NCBI GenBank assembly: GCA_965655095.1
Contig: OZ296659.1
Coordinates: 7,998,001 to 8,062,000 of the forward strand
DNA length: 64,000 nucleotides
Origin: Haplodiscus bocki
Lineage: Eukaryota
Reading direction: 5' to 3'
The position numbers were made by a program, and so were the translations under genes. Positions 47,623-59,704 of this stretch are shown here, piece after piece; positions within the stretch are counted from its first letter, which is position 1; every line of letters begins with the position of its first letter. The notes under the pieces are model-generated. The model was not told the origin of the DNA and ran no database searches. It saw nothing but the letters and a program-made list of their open reading frames with translations.

Positions 47623-49499
47623 AGTTTTCAGAAAGTAGTTTTTTACCTTACACCAGAGATTTGGTTGACGAAAATCATACATCCCCATCGATGGTTAAAA
47701 GGAGGTTCGTCAATGGATTTACTCTGTAATTTAGTCACAACAAAAGGACTCTGAAAAGTACGGTGGTTAGTTTGAGTTGAGGTTGTAATTGAATGAGCAT
47801 TTTATCCAGTGAATTTGACAGTTACTTCGAAATCTACCTCGGTTGAAGTTTGATTTAACCTTGTCAATTCTCGATTACTAGTAAACGGGGGAATTTTGCA
47901 GACTTTTGTTAATTCTGTTTACCGGGAGAAAGTGATTACTCAGATCATGTCTGGGTTGATTGCTTCTTTGATTACCAAGTCTCAGTGGATAATGGTATGC
48001 ATCAGGTGTAGGAGGTCTAGAGTTTTCTTCTAGCGTATGATTTGGAAGATCAACAGTATTGATAGCACTCGGAGAAGTGACTGATTCTTGGTCTCTAATT
48101 AGACAAGTAGATCTTGGGTACGCGTGAACAGTAAAAGAAGCTTCAATATCAGAAGAAGGTCTCAAGGAAAGTCGAAAAACAGAGAAGAAGAAGAAGGAAG
48201 TTTTTCAGAAGTAGATGAATTAGGTTGCGCGTGTTAACGCAAAAATGCACAGATTGAAGTTGATGTTGATCTTGTTTGAGAGGAAGACGATGGCTGTATA
48301 TGTCCTGATCCCAGATTGTAAGAATGGTTTAATATTTGAGGGTAGGCTGTTAATGTAAGATTCAATGGGACTTTAGGTTCCCAAATCCGAAAATCATCAA
48401 CAGAATATGTAGAGAATAAACTCGAAAATGATTTTATGAAAATAGATAAAACAGCGAAAATAATTCCGAGCTAATATTGGAAGCAGTGTTCAGATTAGGT
48501 AGATTTACCGAAAGTGATGGTTCATCAATTTTTTCCCGCAGAGTAGAAATCTTCGGTTCATTACAGAAACTAGCGTCAAGTGACTTTGGCTCTTTGAATG
48601 ACTTTGAATATCTAACTACAGCTTTAGTAAGAGGCGGAGGCGGTAATGGAAAATGAGGAGGATCTGTATCAGACGGTTCCGGGATTTAAATAAGTCCAGG
48701 GGGACTAAACGGAGTGTTAGTCGGAGCTACTGGTAACGGGAGAAGGGGAGGTCTTTGAACAGTTACAGTAGGTCTGAAAAAGTCTTCATAGAAAGAAAGA
48801 AATTTTTCCAAATTGCTCAAAGTCTGTTTTGTACATCCAGTATTTATGAACTTTGAGTTTGTTTCCGCCAGTGGTAGAGCAGTGAAATTTTAAACTCAAT
48901 TAATTTCGGAATTGAGTTCAAGATTACGTCTGTATTAGAAAACAAGTTACAGCCTGTTAGTTACAGGATTTAAGGGTTCGTCACAATATGAGTTTCTTCA
49001 AAAATAACTGAAGCGAAGTTATCATTTCTAAAAACTTCAATTGGATTTCATTTTTCTTATACTACAGCAGTGTTTGTTTGGATGTTTGCAATTTCAGTTT
49101 TCAAAGAAAGTTATTCAGATTGTTTTATTTCTGTTTAGAATAGATAGCAGTCTCTTAAAAGCAGAATAGAGGAGATATAATCTATGACGAACAAGAAAAA
49201 GATTACTATGGATATTTCCATAGGTTTTTTATGATCAACTCTATGCAGCTTGATTCAATCTCTAGGAGCAATTTTCTTCAATTGATCTGTGGTGGAATTG
49301 AGTTTTCATCCGGAGAAGAAAGTGATGGAAAGAAAACAATTTTTTCCTCAGTAGTGGTCGTACATAAAAACTTGTTTCGATTATTTTTATCGGAGGTTTG
49401 TGGTTGATTTGATATCAGATGGGAGTTTGATTGGTTAGCGAAAAACATAAGAAAGTCACAAATAGTATCAGTGTCGGCAAGATCAATTTATGCAGGAAA

Positions 49500-52400
49500 T
49501 TTATTGAGGGATTGAAATTTTGGCGACCTTCACTTTAGAAGAGATTTTCACTATCAGATTTTTATCAAGAGTGATAATAAGTATTATATTTTGATTTTTT
49601 AGATTTGTATACTTCAGCACCAAGCAAAATTGACTGACCACCATCGTCATTACAGAATGGGTCATAGTCGAAAACATTATCATCAATTTCACAGTCTCCG
49701 TATGAAGTAAATAAATCTATTTGAATCAAATCTATTGTATCAGGATTATGGTATAATTCAGGATTTTTTCAAAGCATATTTGAACCTGACGAAAGAACAA
49801 AGGTTCTTTAAGATAATATGGAACCAACGCTTTCGATTGCGTGAAATATTTCTCCATCTTGTGTCAAAAGTTCATACATCACTTCCGTAAGCTTGTTAAC
49901 AATTTTGAAAAGATGATTACGAAGTGATTTCAGTTGATCCGTTATTTGAACAGCTTTAAACCTTCGGTGTAAAACAGATGACTTCAGCGGCAAGAGTTTT
50001 TTAAGGTTGGGTGATTTTTGCATTGCATATGCAAAATAAAATGTTTTTTCAGTGTGTGTTGATAAGCATTTCAAAAAATTTGCAGCACTGCTGTTCAAAA
50101 AGCGAGGAACCAATTAGAAATTGGTTTCAACGTAAAGCTTTGAAGCAACAGATTTTATAGCTTAGCAACAGAAGTGAGGAGGCAAATCAGAACAGTATTG
50201 TGCAGTTTATTCGCGAAATGGACTTTGAGAAAGGTTTGTTTGAAAACTCAGTGGAATACGCGGTTGCGCATGAAAAACTTCTTCATATAGTGAAATAAGC
50301 AGAAATGATAATGGTTGAGAATTGTGAGCAAAAAGAAAAACGTCTATTTGAACAGACCATTTTTCTGGGGTGTCGTGTAAAAACATTCGCAGATGGGTTC
50401 CATGATTTTTTTGAACTTGAACAAGTCTATTTGTTCTAGGAGCATATGAACATCTTAGAGAATGACGAATTTTAATCGGTGTACAGCAAATTGCCATTTC
50501 AGAATTAGGATCTTCAGTTCCTTTATCTGTAATCAAGTATTGAGGACGACCAGTTTTAGAAACCCAGCCCCAGCGTTGAATTAAGGAAGTTACACTGTAA
50601 GCAGATTTTTCATGGAGTTGGTACAGTTGCAATGTAAAAGCTAAAATGACCAACAGTTACCTGAAGGTATTGATTTCCTTGAGAAACAGTCTTTATTGGA
50701 CGATTAATTTGCAGAGAAACACTGTGGGTGAAAACGGTTGACAGTTTTGAGAAGGTTAATTTTGCAGCTTTGTTTTGTTTCAAATTTTCGTTTTTATCCA
50801 ATTGGTAATCAATCAGGTCATGAATGAGAATCGAGAGTCTGTTTTACCGAAAAAGATAACAATAATATTGCTTAAAATCATATCTTGCAAAATGCAGACC
50901 AGCATGAGAGTGTTGATGAATTTCATCAAATGCAGAATGAGACAAATTCAGTGGTAAGCATTAGCGAGCTTTTGAGAAGAAATGTTATCATTAATATACT
51001 GTGGAAGTTTATCTTTTCTTTGGAGCTTGGGTTTTTCTAGTTGAATATTTAAAATTTTATACATTATACAGGTTTGGAGATAAATGCTAATGAACTAGCA
51101 GCAACGGACTAGCAGTTATAAAGGATGTTTTTAGAGCAAGAGTGAATTTTCAGTGATCCATTTATATACAGTCTTCATTTTAAGATTTTTTTTTCTGATA
51201 ATTTAGTATTGTTTTGATGTTCAGTGGAGTATCAGAAGGTAGGAAAGATTCACTATTTTTAGATGTGTTTATAACGAACGATGGATCGAAGAATGAATTT
51301 CTGAAAGATTGTTTGATGGAAGATGGATTTGTTTCATGAATAGTTTGCAGTTGTGAAACTTCAATTTTAGAGTCATTCTTTTTTTTCACGGAAAGATGTA
51401 TTTATTAGTCAGTGAAAAATGAAGGAAGGAAGGATCATCTTTTTATGGTATGCCTTTCTCAAAAGGATCATCTCTTTCAGTGGTTTGGGTGTCATTGAGA
51501 CTTGCAGATTGTTGTAACACAGTTTTAGTAGTTTCTTTGATTTGTTTTCTTTTTTGACTCTAAGTTGCTTTGACAATTTCGACGGAGACCGAACCTAGTG
51601 GTTTAAATATGATGTTTTCTCATCTGTCAAAAATACGAAAGGAGACTTGAAAGTTTCCGAAGTCAGCCACAATAGGATGACAATTGCGCCTTTGCGAAAG
51701 AAATACACTTTCATTTTTGACCAAACAGTGTGCAAGTTTGATTTGGTTATCAAATGTCAGTGTTGCAAAGCGAATTTGCTGAGGTAGATAGATGTTTGTG
51801 TTTTATTTAAATCAGTTGCTGTTGTTTTTGAGTAAGGGGCGACTTAACATAGCAGCTGCAAAAGACTTTTTCCTTTCGTAAATAAAATGCGGAAGTTTTC
51901 AAACTTGCCTAAATGCATCTGTGAAGTGTGAAAAGTTTGAGGTTTTTTCTCGGTGAGACAGCTGGTGATTGGTTTATGATCATTCAAAAGAATAACGAAA
52001 TGATCAGAGCCATTGATACTTTGTTCGTATAGCGTCGGTGATTATACGATTCTTTTTACTTCAGGATATGTAGTAGACTTTCTGTTCAATAGTAGTAGAA
52101 TTTAGAGAAAAAGATAGCAAACAGTATCAAGTTGTCGTTTGTCTTTCGTTTGGTGTGAGACACAGCCTTTGCCAGTTAAGGAACAATCTACGGCAAAAAG
52201 GAATGGATGGTTTGTAATGGGTGGTGACAGAATAACAACTTTGTCATTGAAAGTTTCAATTTGTTGAAAAATTGTTTCCAGTTCAATATTTAAGTGGAAA
52301 AAATATTATCAAAGAACTAAGTCATTCAAAGGCTTCATTTCAACACAAAGTTTATCAAATATTCTAGAATGGAAGTTCATTGAGCCAATGAACTTCGTCA

Positions 52401-54324
52401 ATTGAGCCTTGTATTTTGAGATGGAAATTTTATGAATTGCGGCTATTTCGGACAAAATGTAAAAAAACTAATTTCAAATCCAAGTTATTTCACAGTGAGA
52501 ATCAAAAAGAAGGATTTTTCGGGAGCTAAGTGCAGTTTTTTTAACAATATTTTGAAGTTGTGTGATTAGTTGCAGCATATGTGGTTTGGAGTGGAATAAC
52601 ATCAAAATAAACCAATGAAGATCCTTGACGGATCAAATGTTTGAGAAAAAAGAGACTGATGTGGTAAGAAAACGTTTGGAAGACCTCCGAGGCCATGAAA
52701 ACTTCTAATGAAAGCAAAAAGTTATCATCAGATGAAGATCCAGTATATTTGATAGTCTGATCATCTAATGTAGCGTTTATATATGCGTATTTATGATCAA
52801 TTGCAGATTTACATTCTTTTCTTGTCCTAGCAACTTGTTTTGTTAAAGGTTCCAGTGGTCAGGATTCAGATGCTGGATCACTGTTTTGTTGAGATGTCTA
52901 GCATCCAACACAATTTTAAGAGAATCATTCTTTTTTTATGACAATCAATTGATTCAGAAAAGAAGTTCCTGAAAATGGTTTTTCTTGAGGCGTTGCACCA
53001 ATTTGCACCCTTTTTCCAATTTTTGTAGATCATCATATGAAAGATTCAATTTGTCCCGATAATGTATAGGAATTGTAGTGGGTCTTTGTGGTTGCAGTTT
53101 AGCATCAAGTTTCAATCTAATCCCAAATGGAGTAGAATGTTTTCCGATATCATTACAATTTATAGCATGACAGTGTTTAGTTTCTACAAGAATTTTACAG
53201 AGTTGAATTTTTCAGGATCATTAAATTAGGGTTTTGAAAATGATTTTTCTTTAGAATTTTCAACTCTTCCTCGGAGTATGGTGAAGGCGGAATAACTCGT
53301 GGAGCTAAATTTTGAGACGGTTGTACATTCCAGACAATTTTGTTAAATGTTGGATCTTTATAGCATCAATATGATTACCTTCGGAAAAATTGTTTTTGAT
53401 TGGTATTTTGATAATGAACATTAATTGCTTCAGTTTTTTCAGGATGGTAGGTTTTAATCACCGTTGAATCAGTTTATTTAAGTCATTAGTTCTATAAGTA
53501 TATGGCTTCACAGAGGTAATAGGAAATTCTTTATGTTCTATATTTCAGGTTGGTAGTGTAGCCGTGTGCATGGTATTATTTTTAGTAAATACTGAGCAGA
53601 AATCTTCAGAATTCTTTGATGAAAGTTCCATAAAGGATAAATATCGTTTCAATTTTGAGACAATTTGAGCTTGAGGCATTTCAGCTAAAAACCGTTCAAG
53701 TTTTTCACTCTTAAGCAATATAGTTTTTGAATTTCTCCGTTCGAGGTGTCAGGTTTGTACAGTATTGGGTTCAAAATGTGTTGCCCTTTTTGATTTCGTT
53801 TGATAAATAAATGAAAAGAAGGGAAAGATTTTTTTCAGTCTGTGTGGTGAAGGAAGCAATTGTGGCGTGATCATTGAAAGAATGTTGGACATTCATGGTG
53901 AAATCCTGAATTGGAATGTTTTGTACGTATTTTGCAAAGAATGGCGTTCCAAGAATACTAAATTTTATATCCGCTGCAGCAAAAGAATCTTGGAACAACT
54001 TGATTTTGTTTCTATTGACGAGAAACAAGTTACAGGAATGTTCTGTTCACTTGGAACCTCATATTGGTTTGCAACATTCACTTTTTGTGACGTACCATGT
54101 TGATCATGGAAGCAACCCTTGAACCCAGTTATCATCATTCACGTTGGTGTATCAAGTAAAAAATTAAATGAACCGCTATCCAAAAGAAAAGCGGTTTCAA
54201 GCCTTGAAGGTAAGTGTGAATCAGTTTCGCTTTGAGAATGAACATACACAATAATAAACCAACTTGTCGGAGATATAGTTTGTGTCGTTCCAGTTGTAGA
54301 CATATAAACTTCAATTTTCTTCAT
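49500..54324 (-). pseudogene. pol: pol (PR-RT-RH-INT), copy F
   Basis: Protease FLLDSGS (ORF 54139..54324); RT block 52300-52950; integrase GRPQYLITDKGTE and AHNSQPLS. Confidence 0.88.
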
Positions 54325-54329
54325 CGACT

Positions 54330-57300
54330 TTGAAAAGTCTTCATTAGGGTCGTGATGATTTTCAGGGGACTTTGGTTGTACATTACTACCAAATCTTGTA
54401 GATGTGGAGGCAGATCGTGGACGTGGTCTTGACGGAGGTCAGTAAGAAGAAATATAATTTCTAAAATAATGTCGATTTCCAGAGTTTGGTCCAGAAAAAG
54501 AACGATAGCAGTTTTTTCTGACAGAATAATAAAATCTAGTTTTTCTTCGTTGGTTATAAAATTTAATGTGTCCTGAAATTGATGGAGTTTGATTAGAATT
54601 GAATTCTCTGCCACGATAACGTTTTTAAGAACGAGAACCTTCATGTTCATCACATGAAACTGAAAGTGATGTATTAGAAGAGGATCAATTTGGAAAATTT
54701 GGATTTAATGATCTTGAACAATTTTATGACTCATAAATATTTCAGGATCAATAGTTTACAGGATTGGATGAAGGTTGTTCGTTTGGATGAAATTGATTCT
54801 GGTGTCCTTCCAAGTATTGATTAAAGGATTTCACAGGTGATTTAGAACAAGAATAATATTCCCGTTTTGTTTGTTTGTCTTCGCGCTGTTTGAGAAAACA
54901 GTTTGAGATAAAGTGATTGGATCTATGAAAAGAAATACAGGTTTTCCGAAACTGAGGTTAGCTTTTTTATTCGGTTGTTTGCGTGAACGTGACTTTAGGA
55001 TTTGGATCATAATTTTCAGCGGATATCTTTTTAATTTCAACTTTTGATGTTACATTGTTAATTTCCTGTGGTAGATCAAAAACACGAATCTTCTCACTTG
55101 TTACATCTTCACCATCAACAAGTTTAACCAGTGTCTGAAGTTTACCGGATAGCAGTGCACTCCATAGTAGTATACACCAGAGCAGTGTATCTATGCTTGA
55201 CTCACCGTTTATGAGCAGTCTTTTAGTTTTTTGGCCTAACCTTGAGTGGAAATTTCATTACACTTGCGTTTAATAGTTGAAGCAGATTCAGTACACATGC
55301 CTTTTTCAACTAAATGATGAAGTTTCAGAGCTTAATGACGTATGTACTCAGTATCTTTTTACGTTGAAAGTTGTGCTTCAACTTCTGCGTAGGATGCAGT
55401 TTTCGGTGAAGATAATTATTTTTTAAAATGTAGATACAAATGCAAGTCAGTCTTTTTTATAGCTTTATTGAAGTCACACGAAACAGCCTAAAAGAAATCC
55501 AGATAAAGAACGTTGTACTCATGCAATTTTTCGTTTGTGCCATTGAATAGAAGGTATTGGAGCAAGACGTTGTTCCCCCATAGTCAAATACACGTGTGCA
55601 TCAAATTGATATAAAGTTTTTCCGGGAGTATTTTGATGGTCAAGTCCAACCAAAGTTTTTTTTACAGATTTGTTCATTGCAACAGAGAAAACAGCAGTGC
55701 TTTTGTAATTACAGGAGAACTGTTCATTGGATTTGAAGTGGAACATGATGAAAATTATGTTCCTAAGGGACTTTCATTAGCTGCGATGGGTGGTTGATAT
55801 AACGTTCCAGATGGATATGCAGAGGCTTTCGAAATAGTAATTGTTTGGAATTGGTTTTTGTTGGTCCTACTCGATGAGTAAGTATCACCGACATTCAGCG
55901 GAGTCAATGGAGGTCTTGACTGAGTAAGAACAGTTGTAGCTACTGTATTCAGCATAAATGTTTAATCATTTGATCTACTTGTTTGATTTTTAACAGTTTG
56001 GGTATTTTGAAATTGGTTAAGATAATCAGTAAAAGGATTTTACTTTGATATATTCCTATTGATTTCATTGAGTTGAGAAAATGGTAATGCTGCAGTGTTT
56101 TGAAAATGAAATTGATTAGATGTTTCACCAGAAGGTTTATCTTGAGATATACACTTTTCAGATGGTTTTGGATCATTATGAACATAAGAACTGCTTCGAG
56201 TAAATAAATAAATCTTGGACCTTTGGGAAAATGCAGTGGTATCGTAACACCTGGTATCAGAGTCGAAGTGGTTGCATTAGAGACCTCAGTGACGTCATTG
56301 GGAGACATTTTTTCAGTGATTCCAGTATTGTTTATCTTTGGATTTAAAATAACAGAAATTGTCTCTGTTTAAGGTTGAAAACCAGCACTGGTATTTTTTG
56401 TGAATTTTGAGCACTAAATCTTTTTGGTGGCCAGTGATTGAATTGAAAAAATTTCGTCAAAATTGTGGTCAATAGATCTATTTGCAGTGATTGCTCCTGT
56501 AATGGCTTTGGGTAGAAGTTCGAGTTGGGAAAAAACTTCAGTATTGATTCGGAGTAAGTTAAGGTATTTTGGATGAAATTTTTCAGTTGTAACCAAAAAC
56601 GGAATTACTTAATGTTCAGTGAAATGGTTTGAAAACTTTTTAGTACAAATTGCACTGAAGTGTTCCAGATAAGTTGATAAAATAATCGGAATTTTTTTCT
56701 CAGAAACAGAGATAAGAGTTTAATTTGTGGTTTTGTTACACTGTCTAAAACAGATAAAAGGGAGAAAAAAGTAAATTGGAAAGCATTTGTTTGAACAAGA
56801 TTACGCATTAGCCAGTGGTCTGGATTATTAGGTTTCTTAACTTTATCTAAATCAGAAGTTTCAAAAAGGTGTTGTTTGCTCCGGAGTTCATCCTTTGCAG
56901 AGGCAACAACAATAGATTGTTCTAAAAACTCATATTAGTTTCTCGCAGTTTATTCAGAAAACGTACGAATACATCCTGGATGGGTAAATAAATATATCTT
57001 GGACTTTTTGTCTTCAAAAACCTTCCAGAATTTTTCTTAATTGGGGTAAAAACTACAGTAAAAGATTCATCGGCATAACTTGATTCACAAGTTTAATATT
57101 GATTATATTACAAATAGGAGTGATGGTGTTCTGTAATCAGAGTATTTGAATAAAAGTCATTACAGTTGTTTCCGAAAAGCAAAGAAGTTGTTAGATTATG
57201 AATACAATTTTTGGTAAAGCTAATAGCATCCGTAATAAATTTCCATTTTTGTCTTTTTCTAATGACGTGAAAGGTGAAAGCTGTAAGAAAGTAAAGTGCA

Positions 57301-57973
57301 GATCTTGCAATGTGTTGCGTTGGTACCTCTTCTGATGTTGAAGGTATCATTTTAGATGTTTCCAGTGTATAATAATCATATTGGATTTCACTATCAGGTT
57401 GATTCGTTGGTTGTATCAATTGATTACGTTCCAGTTCTTTTTTTCGTAGTAATTCATTTGAGCCTCGATTCTTTTTTCATGTTGAAACCATTAACGTTCT
57501 TTTTCAGCTTGAGTTTGGTATATTGACAAATCTCTCAGAGAATTGTGGTTGCAATTCTAATGATGGATTTTGTGCTTGTTCAGTAGATATCTCAAAGCTG
57601 GAAGGTTCTGAGACTTTCAGTCATCTGATATGTCGGAGGACTTATGATTTCCAGTTTCGACACTTCGGTGATGTTGTAATCCTAAACGTTCACTATCAAC
57701 TTGAGTTTGTTCTAATGGAAAAATTTCAACGAACTTTTGTCGCAATTCTACTAATGGATTTTCTACTTTTCCAGTAAGTATCTTAGAATAAGAAGGTTCT
57801 GCGACTTGCAGTGGATTATTTTGTGTACTTTCAGTTGGGTTTGTATTTGGCTCCACAGAAGTTTCAGCTTGAAGAGGTTCCGTATAATTCTCAGTGAGGC
57901 GGTTCTGAGCATCATTTTCATTTTTAGATGGAATTTCTGAGTGTGAATCAGTCGTTTGGTGTCTTTTTGACAT
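54330..57973 (-). pseudogene. gag: gag with long N-terminal extension (copy F)
   Basis: Starts MSKRHQ..; capsid-like GLDHQ.TP...LYQFDAH..MGEQ..QWHKRKIA; knuckle KTCISFHRSNHFISNC near 54900. Confidence 0.65.
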
Positions 57974-59362
57974 GATTTCATGACTTTACCGGAGAGTTAG
58001 GACTTATATAAATCCAGAAGTTTTCAATAAACAATACAAGTATTCTTCAAACAATTCTTCGCAAAAAATTGAATGAATCATGTTCAAGATTGTTGTATAT
58101 GTATATACAAATCCAACAGCCAGGAATGATGAAAGAAAATACGATGTGGTTATAAAACAATAAATAATCAGAAAGTTGCGCTTAACCAAAAGATTGTTTT
58201 CAAAAGTGAGAAAATTATTTGAAACTGTGTTCAACCAACGGACTGCTAGCAGAGTTTAAACTAGGTTTTCCGTGCGAAAGACTTTTTTAGAGGTGGGAAT
58301 AGTGAAAGGAGAATACACTTTCAGGACAGGGAATGGGAAACTATGAACAATCAAGGTTCGCTCACAATGTCTCTTCAATACTCATCGTAATTTTTTACTT
58401 TTACATTTTACAAGACAAGAGAAGTGCGATAGGTAGAAGGGAATTCAGAACTATCTAGGAAATCTTTCGGTTGACCAATAAGTTCTAACTAAGTTTTAGG
58501 CAGTCACCTTAGTAGTCAGCTACATAAAAATCCAAAGCCGTTAAGCAAAGAAACCTTCAGGTTTCGATTTTACGTCTTACAGGCTCGAAAAGGAAACATA
58601 GCGAGCCACAGAGTACAAAACTACCTACAAGGAACATTTTTACAACGAAAAAAGTAGGACCAATGCAACAGTAGACTTGTGTGAAAAACGATTTTTTCGA
58701 CAAAATGAAATGGTATGATCAGAAAAAGGCAAAGAAATTTGCATATAGGAAGTTTCAAAGTTAATAGTATGAACTATAGGAAAAAGAACCAAAGAAGATA
58801 GTAACAGAAACTTCAGAGGGAAAAATATTGTTTACAGAGATGAGGTATGAAAATTTCAGGGAGTTATAAAATTTTTTGTCGATGTTAACAGAAAAAACGG
58901 TTAGCAAAAAATGCAAAATGAGGGAAACAGAATGGTAAAAAATAAAAGCTGCCCAGGACTCGAATAGTAAAAACAAATGGTCCAGTTTACGATACTAGAA
59001 TGGATTAGACTCAGAGTCTACGCGGGATTCAGTTACGAAGAGTCACAGCGAATAAAAATGTAGAAAAGTTGGCCAATTTTACAGTTTAAACGACTTTCGA
59101 AGTTTAATATCCGAAGGACTCGGAATTTAGAGTCGAAGCAATTATCAAGTGTGAAGCAGAAACGAAGTATACACTCCAAAAGACTGGAAGGTCAAAATTG
59201 AAAAGATTGGTCGAAAATTGAAGAAAAGTTTTTTTTGATTTTTTGAACTATTGGAAAAAAACGTCCAAAAATTGGAGAAAAAGATAGGAAAGTAAATGTA
59301 AAAGAAAGAGAAACAGCAGAACTTTTGAGAGTGAAGTAAGAGACGTTTGACGAGGATGAAGT

Positions 59363-59380
59363 TTCTCTGTTTTCGCACCA
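59363..59380 (-). promoter_or_regulatory. Primer-binding site (degenerate, possibly tRNA-Phe type)
   Basis: Minus strand reads ...aataCA aat TGGTGCGAAAACAGAGAA directly after the LTR end. Confidence 0.5.
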
Positions 59381-59383
59381 ATT

Positions 59384-59700
59384 TGTATTAAACTTTAAAA
59401 GATGGTAAATTGCTTGCTAGCTGAGGCAGTTTGTTACTAAGTAGGGCGTTTTCTAGACTTGCTTTAGTTGATGTTATTTCTCTGACTTCCATACGCTAAC
59501 TCTTTATAACGTTTCGCAGTAGTTCCCTTGAGAGAAAAATTTTTGTCTACTTGGATAACACTTTATTTCTAACTTGATATCTCGATCAAAACATTCATGA
59601 AAATTCATAAACAAATGACAATTATGAACAAAGTTACATTTGGTCCAATGATATTTCAGAAATTTTTCTCTAATTTTAAATTTGTAACAGCAGAGAAGGA
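59384..59700 (-). repeat. 3' part of the 5' LTR of copy F
   Basis: Homologous to 8770-9035; truncated by the satellite. Confidence 0.6.
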
Positions 59701-59704
59701 AACC

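Larger units (their letters stand above)
45920..59700 (-). mobile_element. Gypsy-like copy F: partial 5' LTR, PBS, long UTR, gag, pol, Pro-rich spacer, env (3'-truncated)
   Basis: Colinear minus-strand order LTR-PBS-gag-PR-RT-RH-INT-env. Confidence 0.9.

Noticed and set aside
59363-59380. tRNA gene
   Set aside because: Only a short PBS-like complement; no cloverleaf seen
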